Part shown: positions 23,095-24,000 of the stretch, piece after piece | Layout of the letters: each line of letters opens with the position of its first letter | How positions within the stretch are numbered: the stretch's first letter is position 1 | NCBI GenBank assembly: GCA_963668455.2 | Contig: CAXXOY010000009.1 | Span: 191,467 to 215,466 of the forward strand | Reading direction: 5' to 3' | Source: an uncultured Desulfosarcina sp. | Lineage (GTDB): Bacteria > Desulfobacterota > Desulfobacteria > Desulfobacterales > Desulfosarcinaceae | Length of the DNA stretch: 24,000 nucleotides | Notes under the pieces: model-generated | The model's database searches: none | What the model was told of the DNA's origin: nothing | Seen by the model: only the letters and a program-made list of their open reading frames with translations | Translations under genes and position numbers: made by a program

Positions 23095-24000
23095 ATGCTT
23101 TCAACAGGAAAACCATGGGTGGTGGCAAGGGGAACCAAATGCTCTTCATTAATAGCTGTCGTATCCTTGTTTTGCATGGCAGCCACCATCCATGCGTCAA
23201 CCATTCCCAATGAGGTAATCGTACGCAACACCAAAACACTGGATGCCGATCTTGTCGCGTCCTCCGAATCGCTTATCGGCGAACGCGACAACAAAACAAA
23301 ACCAGTATTTATCGATGTCAGAAGCCCCCGGGACTTCGATGCGCTGCACATTTCCGGGGCCATGAACATCCCTCTTCATTTCATTAAAACCAAGACCTAC
23401 CTGAAGTCCTCACCATTGGTACTGGTGGACCAGGGCCTCTCATTCCATCGGTTGGCACCCACCTGCCGAAACCTGAAAAAAGCGGGTTTCGATGCCCGCA
23501 TCCTCGAAGGTGGCATGCGGGCCTGGTGCGTTCACGGTGGTCAAATAACAGGCGAACGGGTTCGCCAGATAGACTATGGGAACATATCGGCGGCGGATTT
23601 TTTCAAGGAGAAGGACTATTCGAACAGGATTGTCTGTGATGTATCCTCTACTCTTTCAGCAACCTCCAGGCAATTGATGCCGTATGCCACCCATCTTCCT
23701 TTGGGGGGAACTTCCAAGGACAAAACAAAAGCGGCTGCTGAATTCAAGTCGGCAAAATCCGGGTGGAACACGGCAACCATTATCGTGGTCAATGAAGATG
23801 GTGAAGGATACCGGGACGTGCAACACGCCTTCAAGCAAGCCGGCCTGAAAAACGTATTTTATCTCGATGGCGGCATACGTGCTTACGAGAAATACCTGGA
23901 TGGAATGGTTCGTTCATGGTCTCCGCGCGCACAGCGGATGAAAACCGATAGTCCATGTGCAAAATGCGGCGATACCGCCATGACCTCACAGGACCGGTAG
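23095..24000 (+). CDS. Secreted tandem rhodanese-homology-domain protein with no catalytic Cys in either domain
   Basis: GGAG precedes the ATG, 18 nt after the giant gene stop. The signal peptide is ...SSLIAVVSLFCMAATIHA/ST. Domain 1 reads FIDVRSPRDFDALHISGAMNIP...PLVLVDQGLSFHR...ILEGGMRAW. Domain 2 reads TIIVVNEDGEGYRD...FYLDGGIRAY. The active-site position is Asp in domain 1 and Asn in domain 2 instead of Cys. The stop TAG falls at 23998-24000. Confidence 0.8.
   Translation: MLSTGKPWVVARGTKCSSLIAVVSLFCMAATIHASTIPNEVIVRNTKTLDADLVASSESLIGERDNKTKPVFIDVRSPRDFDALHISGAMNIPLHFIKTKTYLKSSPLVLVDQGLSFHRLAPTCRNLKKAGFDARILEGGMRAWCVHGGQITGERVRQIDYGNISAADFFKEKDYSNRIVCDVSSTLSATSRQLMPYATHLPLGGTSKDKTKAAAEFKSAKSGWNTATIIVVNEDGEGYRDVQHAFKQAGLKNVFYLDGGIRAYEKYLDGMVRSWSPRAQRMKTDSPCAKCGDTAMTSQDR

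Noticed and set aside
16992-23369. Many antisense or off-frame ORFs inside the giant gene (for example 18031-18612, 20314-21135, 21760-22587, 22588-23010, 22911-23369)
   Set aside because: A single uninterrupted 6.25-kb sense ORF with a signal peptide and regular domain repeats explains the region. The antisense frames stay open only because of codon bias and the repeat structure.
1-24000. Search for tRNA, rRNA, IS or transposase genes, a reverse transcriptase or DGR, and a relaxase
   Set aside because: I found no cloverleaf-like or rRNA-like sequence, no transposase, RT or relaxase motifs in any listed ORF, and no terminal inverted repeats flanking a gene. Absence is judged by eye only.

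Overview
The window has two parts. Positions 1 to about 15450 are the backbone of a conjugative element (ICE or plasmid). Nearly all its genes are on the + strand: a 5'-truncated TraG_N-like mating-pair protein, five tightly packed uncharacterised small genes, and a type IV coupling protein split into a membrane ORF and a soluble ATPase ORF. These are followed by parA-parB, an IHF-alpha-like gene and a minus-strand AbiEi/AbiEii toxin-antitoxin pair. An AT-rich gap and a roughly 350-nt hairpin-rich non-coding stretch come next. After that lies a leading-region-type block (two-OB SSB, RepB-type primase-like, DUF932, RadC/JAB) and a tyrosine recombinase. A second AT-rich gap (15450-15884) separates this from a tight three-gene envelope operon at 15885-24000. 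That operon encodes a membrane-anchored transglutaminase-like cysteine enzyme, a 2083-aa secreted multi-repeat protein, and a secreted tandem rhodanese-like protein with no catalytic cysteine in either domain. I saw no rRNA, tRNA, CRISPR array, IS element or relaxase. The strongest unexplained signal is a duplicated roughly 90-nt structured leader directly upstream of DUF932 and radC. Each copy has a long stem with a compensatory base-pair swap and an apical segment exactly complementary to its own Shine-Dalgarno region, which suggests a translational switch or pseudoknot. Other items worth a second look are the transglutaminase/giant-protein/pseudo-rhodanese operon, the split coupling protein, a remote NusA-like ORF in the transfer operon, the tandem-OB SSB, and two competing oriT candidates. 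All protein family calls come from motif recognition by eye, since no searches were run.
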